DNA from: the human T2T-CHM13v2.0 reference genome, Homo sapiens
Assembly (NCBI RefSeq): GCF_009914755.1
Contig: NC_060930.1
DNA length: 64,000 nucleotides
Reading direction: 5' to 3' (one strand)
In this document: one piece after another, positions 49,628-63,077 of the stretch
How the letters are laid out: every line of letters starts with the position of its first letter
Position numbering within the stretch: position 1 is the first letter of the stretch
Position numbers and translations under genes: made by a program
Notes under the pieces: model-generated
Databases searched by the model: none
Told to the model about the DNA's origin: nothing
The model's input: the letters and a program-made list of their open reading frames with translations, nothing else

Positions 49628-49935
49628 CCAGCCGTGGTGGCGCATGCCTGTAATCCTAGCACTTTGGGAGGCCGAGGCTGGCATATCATGAGGTCAAGAG
49701 ATCAAGACCATCCTGACCAACATGGTGAAACCCAGTCTCTACTAAAAATCAAAAATTAGCAGAGCATGGTGGGGTGTGCCTGTAATCCCAGTTACTCAGG
49801 AGGCTGAGGCAGGAGAATCGCTTGAACACAGGAGAATCGCTTGAACCCAGGCAGTGGAGGTTGCAGTGAGCCAAGCAGTGGCGGGCTCCAGCCTGGGTGA
49901 CAGAACGAGATTCCATCTCAAAAAGAAAAAAAAAA
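49628..49935 (+). mobile_element. AluSc-like with an internal 19-bp duplication
   Basis: Contains 'gaggtcaagagatcaagaccatcctg'. The TSD is aaaagaagaactata / aaaagaacaactaca. Confidence 0.93.
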
Positions 49936-50183
49936 AAAGAACAACTACAGAATCAACGAATATGAAAACTATTTAAATATTTCTTTTCTCAATTTAATGC
50001 AAATCATTTTGAAAACCAGTATGTATAGACTTTTAAAAAATATAATTTAATAATAATAATGGTGAAAAAGGTTTGCAAATTTAAGTGGAATTATTTCCAG
50101 AGCATCAATTTAAAAAAAGAGTAAAATAACTATTTCCAGAAAATGAACCTAATGTAAATGATTTTACAGAAACAATTTAATAT

Positions 50184-50478
50184 GGCTGGGTGCAGTGGTT
50201 CCTGACTGTAACCCCAGGACTTTGGGAGGCGAAGATGGGTGGATCACCTGAGGTCAGGAGTTTAAGACCAGCCTGGGTAATATGATGACACCCCGTCTTT
50301 ACTAAAAATACAAAAATTAGTCAGGCATGGTGGTGAGTGTCTGTAATCCCAGCTACTTAAGAGGCTGAGAGAATTGCTTGAACCGGGGAAGTAGAGGTTG
50401 CAGTGAGCCAAGATTGTACCATTGCACTCCAGCCTGGGCAACAGCGAGAGACTCTGTCTCAAAATAAATAAATAGATA
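50184..50478 (+). mobile_element. AluS (Sx/Sz-like)
   Basis: Full dimer, flanked on both sides by '...atttaatat'. Confidence 0.94.
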
Positions 50479-52784
50479 GATATTTAATATGTCCTATGCT
50501 TTTGAATTCTTTCTAAACATGTGGTAGTGGAGAAAATTTTCAAATGCTTTTTATAATGTGATTATAATAGTAATTTAAAACCTGAAAGTTTTTTCAATTA
50601 AAAATAGAAGTATATTGATGTAAAAACTATAAATAAAATATTAGCAAATATCCAGCAGAAAATTAAGAGAATATACATTTCATGTTTATTTTATTAAGGG
50701 AAGGGTGATTCAATATCAGTAAATCTATTAATATAAATTCATACTATTAATTCATCTAAGAAAAAGAATCTTGTGATTTCTTTCATAGATGCTGAAATGT
50801 TGACAAATTTATTCAATTTTTGATAAAGATATTTAATTAAAGAATAGATGGAGATTTTTCTCCACATGATAAAATATATCTATCTGACCCCCAAATCATC
50901 ATCATGCTTAATTTGGAAATACAAGACCCACTAAAGTTACAAACAAAAAAGTATGCCTATGTTCACTATAATTATTTAGCATTCTATTGGTGGTACTGGC
51001 CAATGCAATTAGATGGAAGAATTTAAATGTATAGAAATTGGAAAAGGGGAGGTAAACATTATTTTATAATGTGTAGATGATGTAGTTTTGGCTAAAAATC
51101 CCAGGAAAATCCACTAGAGAAACACCTGTAAATAAAAAGAAAATTTAGTGAGTGGCATGGTACAACATAATGTATATAAATTAAGTTTTCCTATCCCCAA
51201 CCCCCCCAAGAACATTGAAAAATACAATGAGAAAAATAACCCATTTATGATAGCAGTAACAAATTGAAGTTCCCAGGAATAAACTTCACAAGAATTATGT
51301 AATGCTCAAGAGTAAACTGAACATTACTGAGAGACACCAATAATGTCTTGAACAAAAGAAAACACTGTGTTCTCAGCTAGCAAGGCTGAACATCATAAAT
51401 GTGTCAATTCTTCCCAAGTTATGAATGTAATATAATCTTCTCATATACAAAGAGAAGTGTGAGGACAGACTCCGAGAATACATAGGCTGACCCTAAATTT
51501 TATGTAGAAAAAAATCATATATACGTAGCCAGTAGATTCTAAAATTATTGAAGGGGCAGCTAGACCTACTATATATTAATACATATTATAATGCCTCAAT
51601 AATTAAACAATGTGGTAATGAAACAGAGACAGAGCCATGGCATAGAATATAATGGCCAGAAACGGACCTAAATACATAGGATAATTTAGTATATGGTAAA
51701 AGTGGCATTTTAAAATAATGTTCAAATTATGGACCTGTTAACAAATATGTTGAAACAGCTATATAGGCTTCTAAAATTAATATAATGACATTTGACCCAT
51801 ATTTCACACTGTTCATCAGAAAAAAATTTAAATAGACCAAAGATTTACATACCAAAAGTGAGATAATAAATGTACTAGAAGTACTATAGAAACTATATGT
51901 TTCTTTATAAACTTAGAGTGAACTATAATTCATAATTTATAAATTATAAAAGAAAAGTGATATATTTGACCACATAAAATAAAAGAAAATTATATGGCAA
52001 AATAAAACATGTAGGTGAAGGCAAAATAAATAAAAAACTGGGAAAATTGTTTGCAACTCATAGACAAAGAGCTAATCTAACACAAAAAGTGCTTTTAGTG
52101 GGTATGAAAAAGACCAACATTGCTATTAAAAAAGCAGGTAAAAGATATGATCAAACAGTTAACAGAAAAGGACCTACAGATGCCCCTAAAACTCACTGAA
52201 GTGTTCTTAATGTCTTAATCATATTAAGATAAGTGAGATTTAAAACTACATTTTCACCTTTCAGGTTGATAAATATCTAAAAGTTTGATAATGCCTTCTC
52301 AATGACTTTGAACATTCTCATGTATTACTCTTTGGAGTTTAAATGGGTCCAATCTTTTATAGGGCAACTTGGCAAGACATTTAGAAATTCCAATTACATA
52401 GACATTTTGTCTCAGAAATTGCACTTCTGGAAACTTATCCTAGGGATGGATATTTTTTCACATGAAATAATATCCAAGGTAGGTCTTGGATAGAAAAATA
52501 TTGGTAATAAGAATGTACATCAGTAGGACATTGATTCAGTAGGGATATGGTGCAGATAGTAAATAACAGTAAGAAGACACTGCTATAGAAAACTCTCCAG
52601 TGTACAGTGTTAAATGAAAAAAAGCAAGAAAAGAACTGTGTGTATGGTTTGAAGGCTGTTTTGTGTGTAAAAATGGAAAAACTTAATAAACTATATTTAA
52701 AATTTTACCTAAAATAGTTCTAGTAGGATATATGAAAAACAATAACAATTATGTACCTAGTAGTACATTTCTAAGACACATTTA

Positions 52785-52920
<136 letters not shown>

Positions 52921-52984
52921 AATAATACATATCAATCATTTTTTATGCATGTGTGTATGTGTGTGTGTGTGTGTAGACATAAGG

Positions 52985-53560
52985 TAAATACCAGAGAGAG
53001 CTTGAATAGCAGACAAAATAGACTTTAAGACAGAAAAATACCATTAGGGGCAGAGAGAATCATTATTGTATAAAGATAAAAATTTCACCTCATCAAAATA
53101 TAAATATTCTAAACTTGTACACAAATGAATTATCCTCAGCATATATAAAAAGAGATTTGAAAAAATTCAGCAACATGGTGGAAGATTTAAGGATTTAAAT
53201 TTGGACAAAACCATTAATAAGCCTGATTTAATGTAGATGTATAGGTCAGTATCCAATGAGAATAAATTACTTTCCTAACAAAAAAAAATGGAATGCTTTT
53301 AAAATGAGTAGATCAGTTTGTAGCCTTGGATTTACATCACTATTAATGGATCCACTAGTAGTATATCTACTATTCCACTAAATAAGTCTCAATAATTTGA
53401 ATTTTTGTATAGAATGTATTTACTGTCTATAATGCAACTAAATTAGAAGTCAAAAGCAAAAAGAAATAAACATCTCCACGTGTACACAAATGAAACATAA
53501 TTTGAAATAACCTGTAGGACATAGAAAAACTCAAAATGGAAAATACATAGAATTGAATGG
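52985..53560 (+). mobile_element. Old L1M ORF2 (endonuclease-region) fragment
   Basis: Contains 'atagcagacaaaatagactttaagac', 'tattctaaacttgtacac' and 'aatgcaactaaattagaagtc'. Confidence 0.6.
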
Positions 53561-53581
53561 ACTTGTGTTTTGATTTTTACA

Positions 53582-53843
53582 TTTTTTTTTAAATTTTAGA
53601 TTCAGAGGGTACATGTGCTTGTTTGTTACATGGATATTACATGCATGCTATGGTAAGGATTGGGTTTCTAGTGTACACATCATCCAAATATTGAACATGG
53701 TAGCCCATAAGTAACTTTTCAACTGTAACTACCCTCCCACCTTCCCCACTTTTGGAGTTCCTGGTATCTGTGATCTCCATCTTTATGTCCAAATGTACAT
53801 ATTGTTTAGCTTCCACTTATAAGTGAAAACGTGATATTTGATC
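53582..53843 (-). mobile_element. L1 3' end (L1PB/L1PA16-17-like)
   Basis: Contains 'ttttagattcagagggtacatgtgcttgtttgttacatgg...ttccacttataagtga'. Confidence 0.88.
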
Positions 53844-54159
53844 TTTTAATTTTTTTAATTGTGGCTTTTTGTATGTTTGCTTTGGTATTTTTTTCTCTTA
53901 ATTTTGAATGCAATCGCAAATTATTTCAAGTAAAAAAGAACAGCAGAATTTCTACTTAGTACCTATAAAATAAAAGTTGTGTTATAATTTTAAATATTAT
54001 AACGGAAATGATTGAACAATGATCAGTGCAGTTTAGGAAATGAGAAACATCTAAATAACTTGATTTTAGTAACATTTAAATTTATTTTAGAAAGTAGGCA
54101 AAAAGTGAAAGTCAAGTACTTCATGGAATACTTTGCAAGGAGATTTTAAAGATGAAATC

Positions 54160-54450
54160 TAACTCTGTTTTACAGATAAGGAAAATTAAAGCTGAGAGGA
54201 GGTGTCTTATACAATCTTCCACAGCTATCTGATGTCAAAGCCAGCATTCTAATCAAGACCTCTTGATATCAGTAGTCATGGGCTCAGACAGACATGGGTT
54301 CAAGTATCGTTTCCATAACTTACCTAGCCGAGAGCCCCAGTTTTCATATCTGGAAAAGGGGGTGGGGAGGAAGTTAATCATACTTATCTCCAAGGTTTTA
54401 CAATTTGTAAAATTTTATGAAATATTACAGATGTGTAAAGAATGCTCATT
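54160..54450. mobile_element. Two adjacent MIR fragments in opposite orientation
   Basis: 'tttacagataaggaaaattaaagctgagag' (minus) is followed by 'cagacagacatgggttcaag...cagttttcatatctggaaaaggg' (plus). Confidence 0.6.
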
Positions 54451-55254
54451 TCTTTAACCAGATAATAACCTTTCCATGAAACAACACTGCCTTTGAGAAA
54501 CTTGTTTCCATAATTGAAAAATAAAATGACACCATGCTCATCTATTTTTTAAATGGATTTGCGTACAAGTTATATTTTTATACAAATGCTTCTTCACAGA
54601 TATGCTATACAATTTGAAATATCTATTTGTGGTTGAAAATAAGACCGTAAACAAATATTCTAGGACAGAGATTTATAAAGCATTAGTCATAATTATCTCT
54701 GGTTATCACTTGACATTAGGAAGTTTTTTTCTTGGCTATCTCCATTTCTAGTATTTTGCTTGAATCAACACCTTTATGCATGAGGTCAACCAAGAGCATT
54801 GAGCACACATAGCAGGTAATGTTTTTAAGGGGGTTCAGTTTGCCAGCAGCTAGTTCCACAGTTTATTTTCCCAAACTCAAGGGTTTTAGTTAGGGGAGCT
54901 CTTCCAGAGACGTGCTTTCCCTGTAAGACTCCCTCAGAGTTGAAGCTGAAGGATAATTTTTCTCTCATTCTGGGAAATATCAATAGAAACCACAAATTGG
55001 CAGGCAAGATCTCATTGCATTCTTAGGTCAACCCCATGAAAATGTCTCTGCCACTAACGCTTTTCCTCTGAACTTTCAGTCCCCGTCTAGATCATGTAAT
55101 TACTGAAAAATGTATAAGCCTTGGGTTTACCCTGACCAACTGACTCCATGTTCCAGGTGGAAGTTTTAGGCCTTCATCTTTTGAAAGCTCAATTTAGACT
55201 CTGGTAGGAATCAACAATTAGGAATTAAGCCATAGGTTTTCTTTTTTTCTGAAT

Positions 55255-55910
55255 CACAGCACTGATAATGTCATTTCTCTGCTCAAAATCCTTCAATGGC
55301 TCCCTTTTGCCTCAGGAAATAAGTACTAACTGCTGAGGTTGTCATTCGCCTTCCACAGATCATCTGCAATCTCTGTTTCCCTGTTCCATATCCCACAGCC
55401 TTGTGACATAAACCCACAGCTACAGACTGAACATGTTCTCATCTTCTCAAATGCCTGTCTGTCGATCAGCGGCGTTGGCATCACCTGGGCGCTTGTTAAA
55501 ATGGTAGATCATGCTGCCACTGTCACCTTTCCTCAATTCAGAGGTTTAGAAATCTGCCTTTTTAAGAAGCAACTGTGCTGAGCCTCAAGAAGTTCTCTTG
55601 TTCCTCTTTATGCTGCTGTTTCCTCATCTGGCATGTCCTGCCCCGCCTGTCAGACTCAGAACAGCCCTGAAGGCTCAGCTCAGAGTCATCTCTTTCCTTC
55701 AACTATTTAATGACCCCTCTACTAAATAAGCTTCTTTTACACAAGGCCCCCCATATTCAGCATCTGTTGTCTTATATTGTGTCTTTTGTGTTGTCTCTGC
55801 TAATACATCCCTGAAGACAGAATCTGTCTCTGCTGTGCCTCCGTTGTGCCTAATGCAGTGACTTCTTTGAGGTACAGAATGAGTGCCTATCTTTGGGATT
55901 GAAATGAACA
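55255..55910 (+). mobile_element. L2 remnant containing a MER5-type insert at about 55430-55580
   Basis: L2 sequence 'atgtcatttctctgctcaaaatccttcaatggctccc'. MER5 sequence 'ggcatcacctgggcgcttgttaaaatg'. Confidence 0.65.
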
Positions 55911-56429
55911 CAAAAATGGGGTGGAACCCAGGTCAGGTAGAGAGCGTGACAGGGCTGAAATAGGGGTGGGGTGGGATGGGGAAGGGGCACCAAAGGTGTC
56001 AGACTCTCAGGGGGTGAGGAGGGACTGGGAACTTGGCAGGGCTAGGACTTCTCCCAGAGCTTTAGATTGGTAATCCAGGAAACTGGGATACATACACAGA
56101 ATATAACTGTAGAGGAAATAACTTTAACTATGTACAGAATCTGCATAAAAGGAGACTAAACCTCCATAATTGTTTACTGTGGGACTATGGGTGCTTTTAT
56201 CTTTCTAGCTATCACTTCATATATACATATATATGTGTATATATATGCATGTGTGTGTGTGTATATATATATATAATATAAAATTTTCCCCCTAAGTTTT
56301 TTCAATAAACAATTTATTTTTTTACCATCATATAAACAGTTGTTTTTTGAAAATTAATTATTGTATATATTTGAATTTTGCCCCAACGTTATTCTTTAAT
56401 TAGGAAAGGATTCCTATGTCTGCATTATG

Positions 56430-56725
56430 TTAGTTCATTTTAACATTCAGTCAGCGAACGCTTACTAAACCATTTCAGTTGCCAGGAACTTTGTGAGAGC
56501 CCGAGAATAGCAGGATAGAAAACACATGGTCCCTGTTCTCACGGAACTGACAGGCTGGTGGAAGAGCAGACACATGTGCAGAGCAGTTCAACACAGTGTG
56601 ATAAAGACAGGCACATGGGATGAGGAATCACCTGGCTATGCCACCTACTTCTGACCCCACTGGTGGAGGTCTGTTGGATGCAGAGAGACCTCAGTGGTTG
56701 AAAGGGCAATGAGAAGTTAATCAGC
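56430..56725 (-). mobile_element. L2 3' region, continuing after MER34
   Basis: Contains 'cattcagtcagcgaacgcttactaaacc...aacacatggtccctgttctcacggaactgaca'. Confidence 0.7.
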
Positions 56726-57253
56726 TGTAGGGGAAAAAAAAATGTATTTTTCTCTACCCATGCTAGGTTCATGGCTGAGGCCTCTACTGCAAAAATCAAA
56801 TTAATAAGACAAAAGCATACAAATTTATTTAATATATGTTTCACATGACACTAGAGTCTTCATTAAAAAAAAAAAGATTCAAGGAAATGGGTAAACTTGG
56901 CTATTTTTGTGCTAGCTTTAACGAAGAGTAGACAGTCCCAGAGAAAGATGACAGGCGAGAAAGTGAGATCCAATGGCGAGAAACTTGGGGGAAACTCAGC
57001 AAGGCCCATTCAGAGTCCTCTGTGTTCTTTCTTTGGAGGTAAGGATGTTCCCTTCTTCTGGGAATAGGGAGGGTGTCTCTCACATGAAAGTCTTATGACC
57101 TGCTTCAGAGAAAGGTCTGAAAATCCCTCTGGATTCTATGAACTGCATCAGGGAGGAAGGGCAAGGGAAGGCAGAGGGACCTTCCTGCTTCTGCGGTTTT
57201 CTCAATTCTTTCAGATTCAAATATTATGTGGTAGCATGTCCTGAACCCCATCA
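56726..57253 (-). mobile_element. MER34-family ERV1 solo LTR
   Basis: The reverse complement starts 'tgatggggttcaggacatgctacc'. The 4-bp TSD cagc is perfect. Confidence 0.88.
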
Positions 57254-57582
57254 CAGCCCTGGAAATAAAGGGATAGGAATTCCTGATAAAGGAAACAGCA
57301 GAAGGGAAAAGTCAGAAAGCAGCATTTGAGCTCTGGGAATGCTTCTATTCAACAGGGTCTGGAGCAGCAGCAGTGAGCAATGAGGTGGAAGCAAACAGGT
57401 GTCAGCTATGGAGACCCTTGTCAGTCATGGCATGAGGGTTGAACACAATGTTCTCTATTTTTGTTGCAAAATATCATTTTGCTGTTTATGGTGGTCTGAT
57501 AGTTAAAGCACAGAATATTTATACCACAAAGCTCCTGTATAAAGTTGTGCTTCTGTAGTGAGTAATTGAGAAGGAAACTCTA

Positions 57583-57901
57583 AGTTGCTTCTGAACCTGG
57601 TTCCTCATCAGAATCACCTGTGAGCCCTTGAAAAATTACACATTCCCTGCCCCATCCCAGATAGGGTTTTAAACTGTTACTCAGATAATACAAATAAGTC
57701 CTGTTGGAAACTACTATTTTAGAGTCTCTGTTCTTAGCCCTTTCTGCCATTAGAATTGGCGGGAGAACTTCTAAGCCTGCAGATGTCCAGGCAAGCCCCA
57801 TTCTCAACGGTTCCAGTTCATTCATCTGAGATAGTGCCCAGATATCTGCCTTATAAAAATTTCCAGGTGATATCAGTGTGCAGTCATGCCTAAGGACTAC
57901 T
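57583..57901. mobile_element. MER5-type MITE split by about 160 bp of other sequence
   Basis: Left half 'catcagaatcacctgtgagcccttgaaaaattacac'. Right half 'atctgccttataaaaatttccaggtgat'. Confidence 0.6.
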
Positions 57902-58039
57902 AATGAGTTCAGACTCTACTGTTGCACCAAATAAGATGCAGTCGAAGCTAATGATCCATTAGAGAAGGAGGAGCCAAATAGGAAGAACGGAGAGGAGGAG
58001 AGAAGGGTGTACAGGAAGCCGACAGGTGGGTGTGCAGGA

Positions 58040-58220
58040 TGCATGCTGGTTAAGAACACCAGCTTGGGGATTAGACACAAAGGGTCTGAAATCTGCTGGT
58101 TTTGATGCATTGATCAAGCTACTTAACCTTCCCAAGCCTCAATTTCCTCATCTGTAAATGAGATTGATGATATGGCTGTGGCATTAAAATGTAATATTCT
58201 TAGCACCATGCAGGTTAAAT
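58040..58220 (+). mobile_element. MIR
   Basis: Contains 'caagctacttaaccttcccaagcctcaatttcctcatctgtaaatg'. Confidence 0.8.
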
Positions 58221-60253
58221 GTTATTTATTAATATTAAGAAAGTGTTTAAGCAGGAGGGAGTACTAAGTGTTCCCAAAAGGTTAAATGAGATTAGATCTA
58301 AGGTTTCCAAATAAATGAACCACATGAAAATCACACTCATCTCAGCAAGAGCAGGAGAGGTACAGTGGTAGGGATGAAATCCAGAATTGATTCTAAGCCT
58401 CATTTCTATATAAATTTGGAGATTCAGAAAACTACAGACTTGTACTACATAATTTTACTGTCTGGTAAAAACCCCTCATATAACTTTAATATTAAGTCCT
58501 CATTTGTATTAAGAACTAATAAATAAAATGACTCTATGAAGATTATGTTGACATTGTGTCCTTCATTTTCAAAAAGAACTAGTATTTAAAAACAATTATA
58601 TGTGTAAGACCTGTGCACTTTTTGTGAAGCTGCTATTGAGGGCATCGCTACTAGGTTGTATAATGCCACTTAATTCTATTTTTCCTTAGAGATCAGAGCC
58701 TGGTTTTTCTCCCCATGGAAGAGCATACCACACTCAGGGCAGCTGTGCAGGCCAATGGCGGTATTGGCATTCTACCTCAACTCTGTACCCAGACCACTAA
58801 GCCTGATTCTGGTCTGGCCTCTTCCTTGTAGCAGATCTTCAGTTTAGGTTCCATTCCCTTTCTGTATTCCTTTCCTCAGATTTGGCATTTGGATTTTCTT
58901 CTGGCTTTCCAGGGCACTGAGGTAAAGCACAGGCTTCAATTTCAATTTGCTCCCTGCCCAAGTCTGGGCAGCTGAGACCCCCAACACCCTCTGCTGCCTC
59001 CCAGACTGCAATTGCAATCATGCCAAGAAGTGTGCCTAGAGGGTGCCATTTCCCAAGACACAATACATGACAATAGTGCAAATGACTAATAAGGCATGAT
59101 TTTAAAAAACAAATAAAAACAAAAAGCAAAAACACTAGTTTTGACACACTAAAAAGACATTTAAAATGGCAAATATTTTGACATCTACAAAATACAAATA
59201 TGAAGCAGTATTACATGAAAAATGTCTCAATTTAACATACAGTGATTATTAATATGTAGAATGGAGTTTACATACATTGACGAAATAGGAAGATAATTTA
59301 GAAAGACATAAAAAATTACAGTTAAATATTTGTCAGACTTTCTTGCTCTGCAAAAATGGCTTAATTGAAAAGAGATCAAGCTGGAAACTACTTGACCTGT
59401 TTTTGTTAAATCAGCCTTCCTAAGACCACTTTACTAATGGAAGCAATTTGTCCATCAAATCTTTCACCAAAAGACCAATTACTTTTTAGGGTATGCAATG
59501 AATTAGCATTGGCTTCATCTCTTAAATCACTTTTGCACTTCTAAATAAATGGCATTTTTGACTTCTGCTATTTGTTAATCAGAACCATAAAAATCAAATC
59601 TCAGCAGATCAGAAGTAAATTTTTATTTGGGAACTCAAAGAGAGGTACTCTATCTCAATGAAATGCAGAGTTGGCTGCCTATAAAATTAAGCATTGGACT
59701 TGGAAAATAAATTTTAAAGAAATTATAAACCACTCTGCATTTGTGATGTATATTTATACTAAATAAATGGGTAAATGCATGGATCCTAATTGTCATTTTC
59801 CATTTAACTAAAAATAAATACACTACTTGCCTTGAAAATTCAATAAAAAATTCAACCCAATTGTATTTTCTATACGTTTATATGATCGAAGCTTAAGATT
59901 CGACCATAATACTTCATCTCACTGGTGCGCATGACTATGGGCGTGACTGCTTATACCCTGCAAAAGAGGTCTTACTCCAGGCTTAGCACCCTATTCCCAT
60001 TCCGGCACATGTTCACTCTGTCTTCTGAGCCTACCATACGCCTTTACCCAGGGACCTAGTTTGTGCTCTCTGACAGTGCCCTTTGAACTGAATGTAGCTT
60101 TGGGGCTGCCTCCTCGGCTCCCTACCTCTGATGTCAGCTCCAGCATCAGAAGATGAAGCCCCGCTGCTTGCTGAGTTGGGAAATTTGATATTTACTCCCC
60201 AACTGGGTGAGCAAAGGGGCTTTACACTGTTAAACATGCACGCATGCACATAT

Positions 60254-60279
60254 ACACACACACACACACGCACACACAC
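60254..60279. repeat. (CA)n microsatellite
   Basis: Read directly from the sequence. Confidence 0.9.
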
Positions 60280-60860
60280 GATAAAGGTATTAGAAAAATT
60301 ACCCTAGGCATAACAAACTCTTGAAATACAACTTCCTTCCCAATATTTACCTTCCTCCCCTCGTCCTTTACACTTGACTTCTCCCTCTTTTCTCCTTTAA
60401 GGTCCTACTCTATCAATTAGCAGTTCTCTCTTCTCTCTTCAGTATTTTCTTCTTTACCACCTTTTAATTTTCTTACCACTACCTTATCACTGTCAATAGC
60501 ACCACCTACACCACCCAAATTGTAATGTCAGCTTTACTTTCTCCCCTAATGGCTTACTTGCCACGACAATGTTGCTTCAATAACACTATGGAACGAAAAC
60601 CACCTCTTTCCATTGACAGCCTGGAAGTCCTGAAGGGACTTTAAATTCAATTTTCTCAAAGTAATTAATTTTACCTTCAAATTACAAGTTCTAGACTATC
60701 CTTTCAGTTTATAGTTTTGCCTTAATCATCTGTGACTTAAAAACAACTTAGGAATCAGATTTGACTTCTCCATTACACTATTAGATACCAGTTGCTCATA
60801 GAGTTGAAATCTAAAATGTCATTTATACTTTTGCTTTCTTTTCCATTCCCACCTTATAGT

Positions 60861-61262
60861 TGTCAAAAAAAAAAAAAACCTTTAGACAAATTAAACATAA
60901 CAGATATTAGTTGAGCAAACAACAATACATGAATCAGGCAGTGCTCTGAATCAGAAGAGGTTGAGATAACTCCCTCCCACAACATGGCCAAGCTGCATTT
61001 ATAAACAGAAAATGAAAGTGAGGTACAGAAACAGCTTGACTGGTTACAACTTCGCCTTTGCTTTACTTGAATATGGTCTGATCAGCTGGCAGCCTGTGAT
61101 TGACTGAAGTCTGGCTGCTGTGATTGGCTGAGACTCAGCTATTTATACAAAAGTAGACTCCCGGCTTTCAGTTTAAGCACTATTATAAGTTAGGTTGCAG
61201 TTCTTCACATAGGGACTCAAAGTACAGAGGCATCCTCAGGCCAAATTTAGTTTAGCTTAGCA
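60861..61262 (-). mobile_element. MER57/MER93-group ERV1 LTR
   Basis: Contains 'ctttagacaaattaaacataacag...gtgattggctgagactc...gaggcatcctcaggccaaatttag'. Confidence 0.75.
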
Positions 61263-63077
61263 CACTTGTCATCACTTCGCTAGCACCACACTTGATAACC
61301 CTGGTGAGATCACAGCTGGCCATAGACAGTGACTGCCACAGGGAGCAAACACCACACTTTCCCATTCTGCTTCACTCCCACGTTTAGAGCCAGACCTTTC
61401 CTTTGTTCCTTGCTGCACAGCTGGAATAAGGCAGTGGCTTTTAGTGAGGCTTCAATGAGGGATCAGAATAATGGAAACAGTGTCTTTTCATCCACTGGAC
61501 ACTGGGAATAGCACCTAAGCTGCTTTCAGGTCCACCAGACATCTTTGAGATGTGAAAAACACAGTAGTGTCTGGCTCTATGGCTATTGCAAGACAATTTC
61601 ATGGTATTTCCCAAAGTTTGGACTATTTTGATAAACAACAGAACAACAACCTTATGAACTGAGTGGGGAAAAAAATCCCATAACTTTGCAATACTATGTA
61701 AAACCATATAATTCTAATTTACTTAGGCAGAGAAACTGGCATCCCATCTTCACATTTACAGAGCAATATTCTAAAAGGCAGAATGCTATGTTAACTCTTT
61801 GAAAGTTGGGAGCTGACCTACCTTTAAAGAGGTTTTAGATTTCGCTCTTTTGGCACCATTGAAAAGGCTTTAGGCATTTTCAAAGAGGGAGAAAATGCAC
61901 TGACATCGTTATCATATCAATTAAAAAATACTCTGTCAAAGGAAAGCCTTTAAGCAATTCTCCTCCACTGATGCTCTTAACTGATTAAAAGGTTACCTTA
62001 AACTTTACTAATTTTGTGCCCTTAGGCCTACGAGAAGCACCTAAAAATTCAGTTCTGTCAGTATTCCTTCTGAGGCTCTTGTGCCCAGTTTATTGGGGGA
62101 TAAGAAAGACTCAAGATATTGTTAGCATTGGAACAATCCAGGAACTTGGACTAATCTCTCCTGGAGTTGCCAGAAGCTTCCACACATTACTTAATAAAAA
62201 CTGCCTTAAAGTGTGACCAACATGAACACCCTGAGGCAGTTTTTTCTTTTTTGACAAGTGCCAGAAGCTTCTATCATAATGGAGATTTAGCACAAACACA
62301 AGAGGTCAGGTGTCTACTGTAGGGGTTTCTCAGCAGAGCAGGCCATTTGAGCCATTTCTAAAGAGGAAAATAACAAGATCAGGAAAGGCCTAAGGGCAAA
62401 TACTACTTGTCAAGCCTTATTATCACCATGGGAAGGAGTTGCATTTTTAGAACTTTCCTCTATAGTTGAAACCGTTGTCTTTCAACTGAAGACGAGACAT
62501 TTCAAGCTATGATAATTATGCCAGTGAAACAGCCTTTTACCCTAGAATGACTCCCAATTTTTATCAAGTGCATTTACTACATGGTTTGATTTGGATACGG
62601 GGGATTGGGAAATTAGTATTTTAATACAGCTACATACATGGCAGCCCACTACCGACATTTTTCTTTTCTCTCTTTAAAAACTTTCATTATTTCATTAGTG
62701 TTTTATACATTCATTATAAAACACAAGAGAGTATAGAATTAAGCAAAAAGAAAATATCACTGTGAAAACACTACCTTGCTATCCTGGCCTAATATTTTAG
62801 TATATAGTATTTTTCTGTGTAATATTTTAGCACAAAACTTTCTAATTTTTGTCTATGCAAATATGTGCACATAAATTTGAATTAAATATCTTAAAAAGTA
62901 CCATATTATCTATGTATCTACATATCTATATCTAAATAAGCATTTTTTTCAGTAATATAACCATCTCTTCATGTCAAAAATGTAATCTGACATTAAAATT
63001 AATGACTATACACTATTTCAAGTTATGTTGCATCATAAATCACTTAGCCAATTCTCTATTGCTTAATATTTTGTTTA

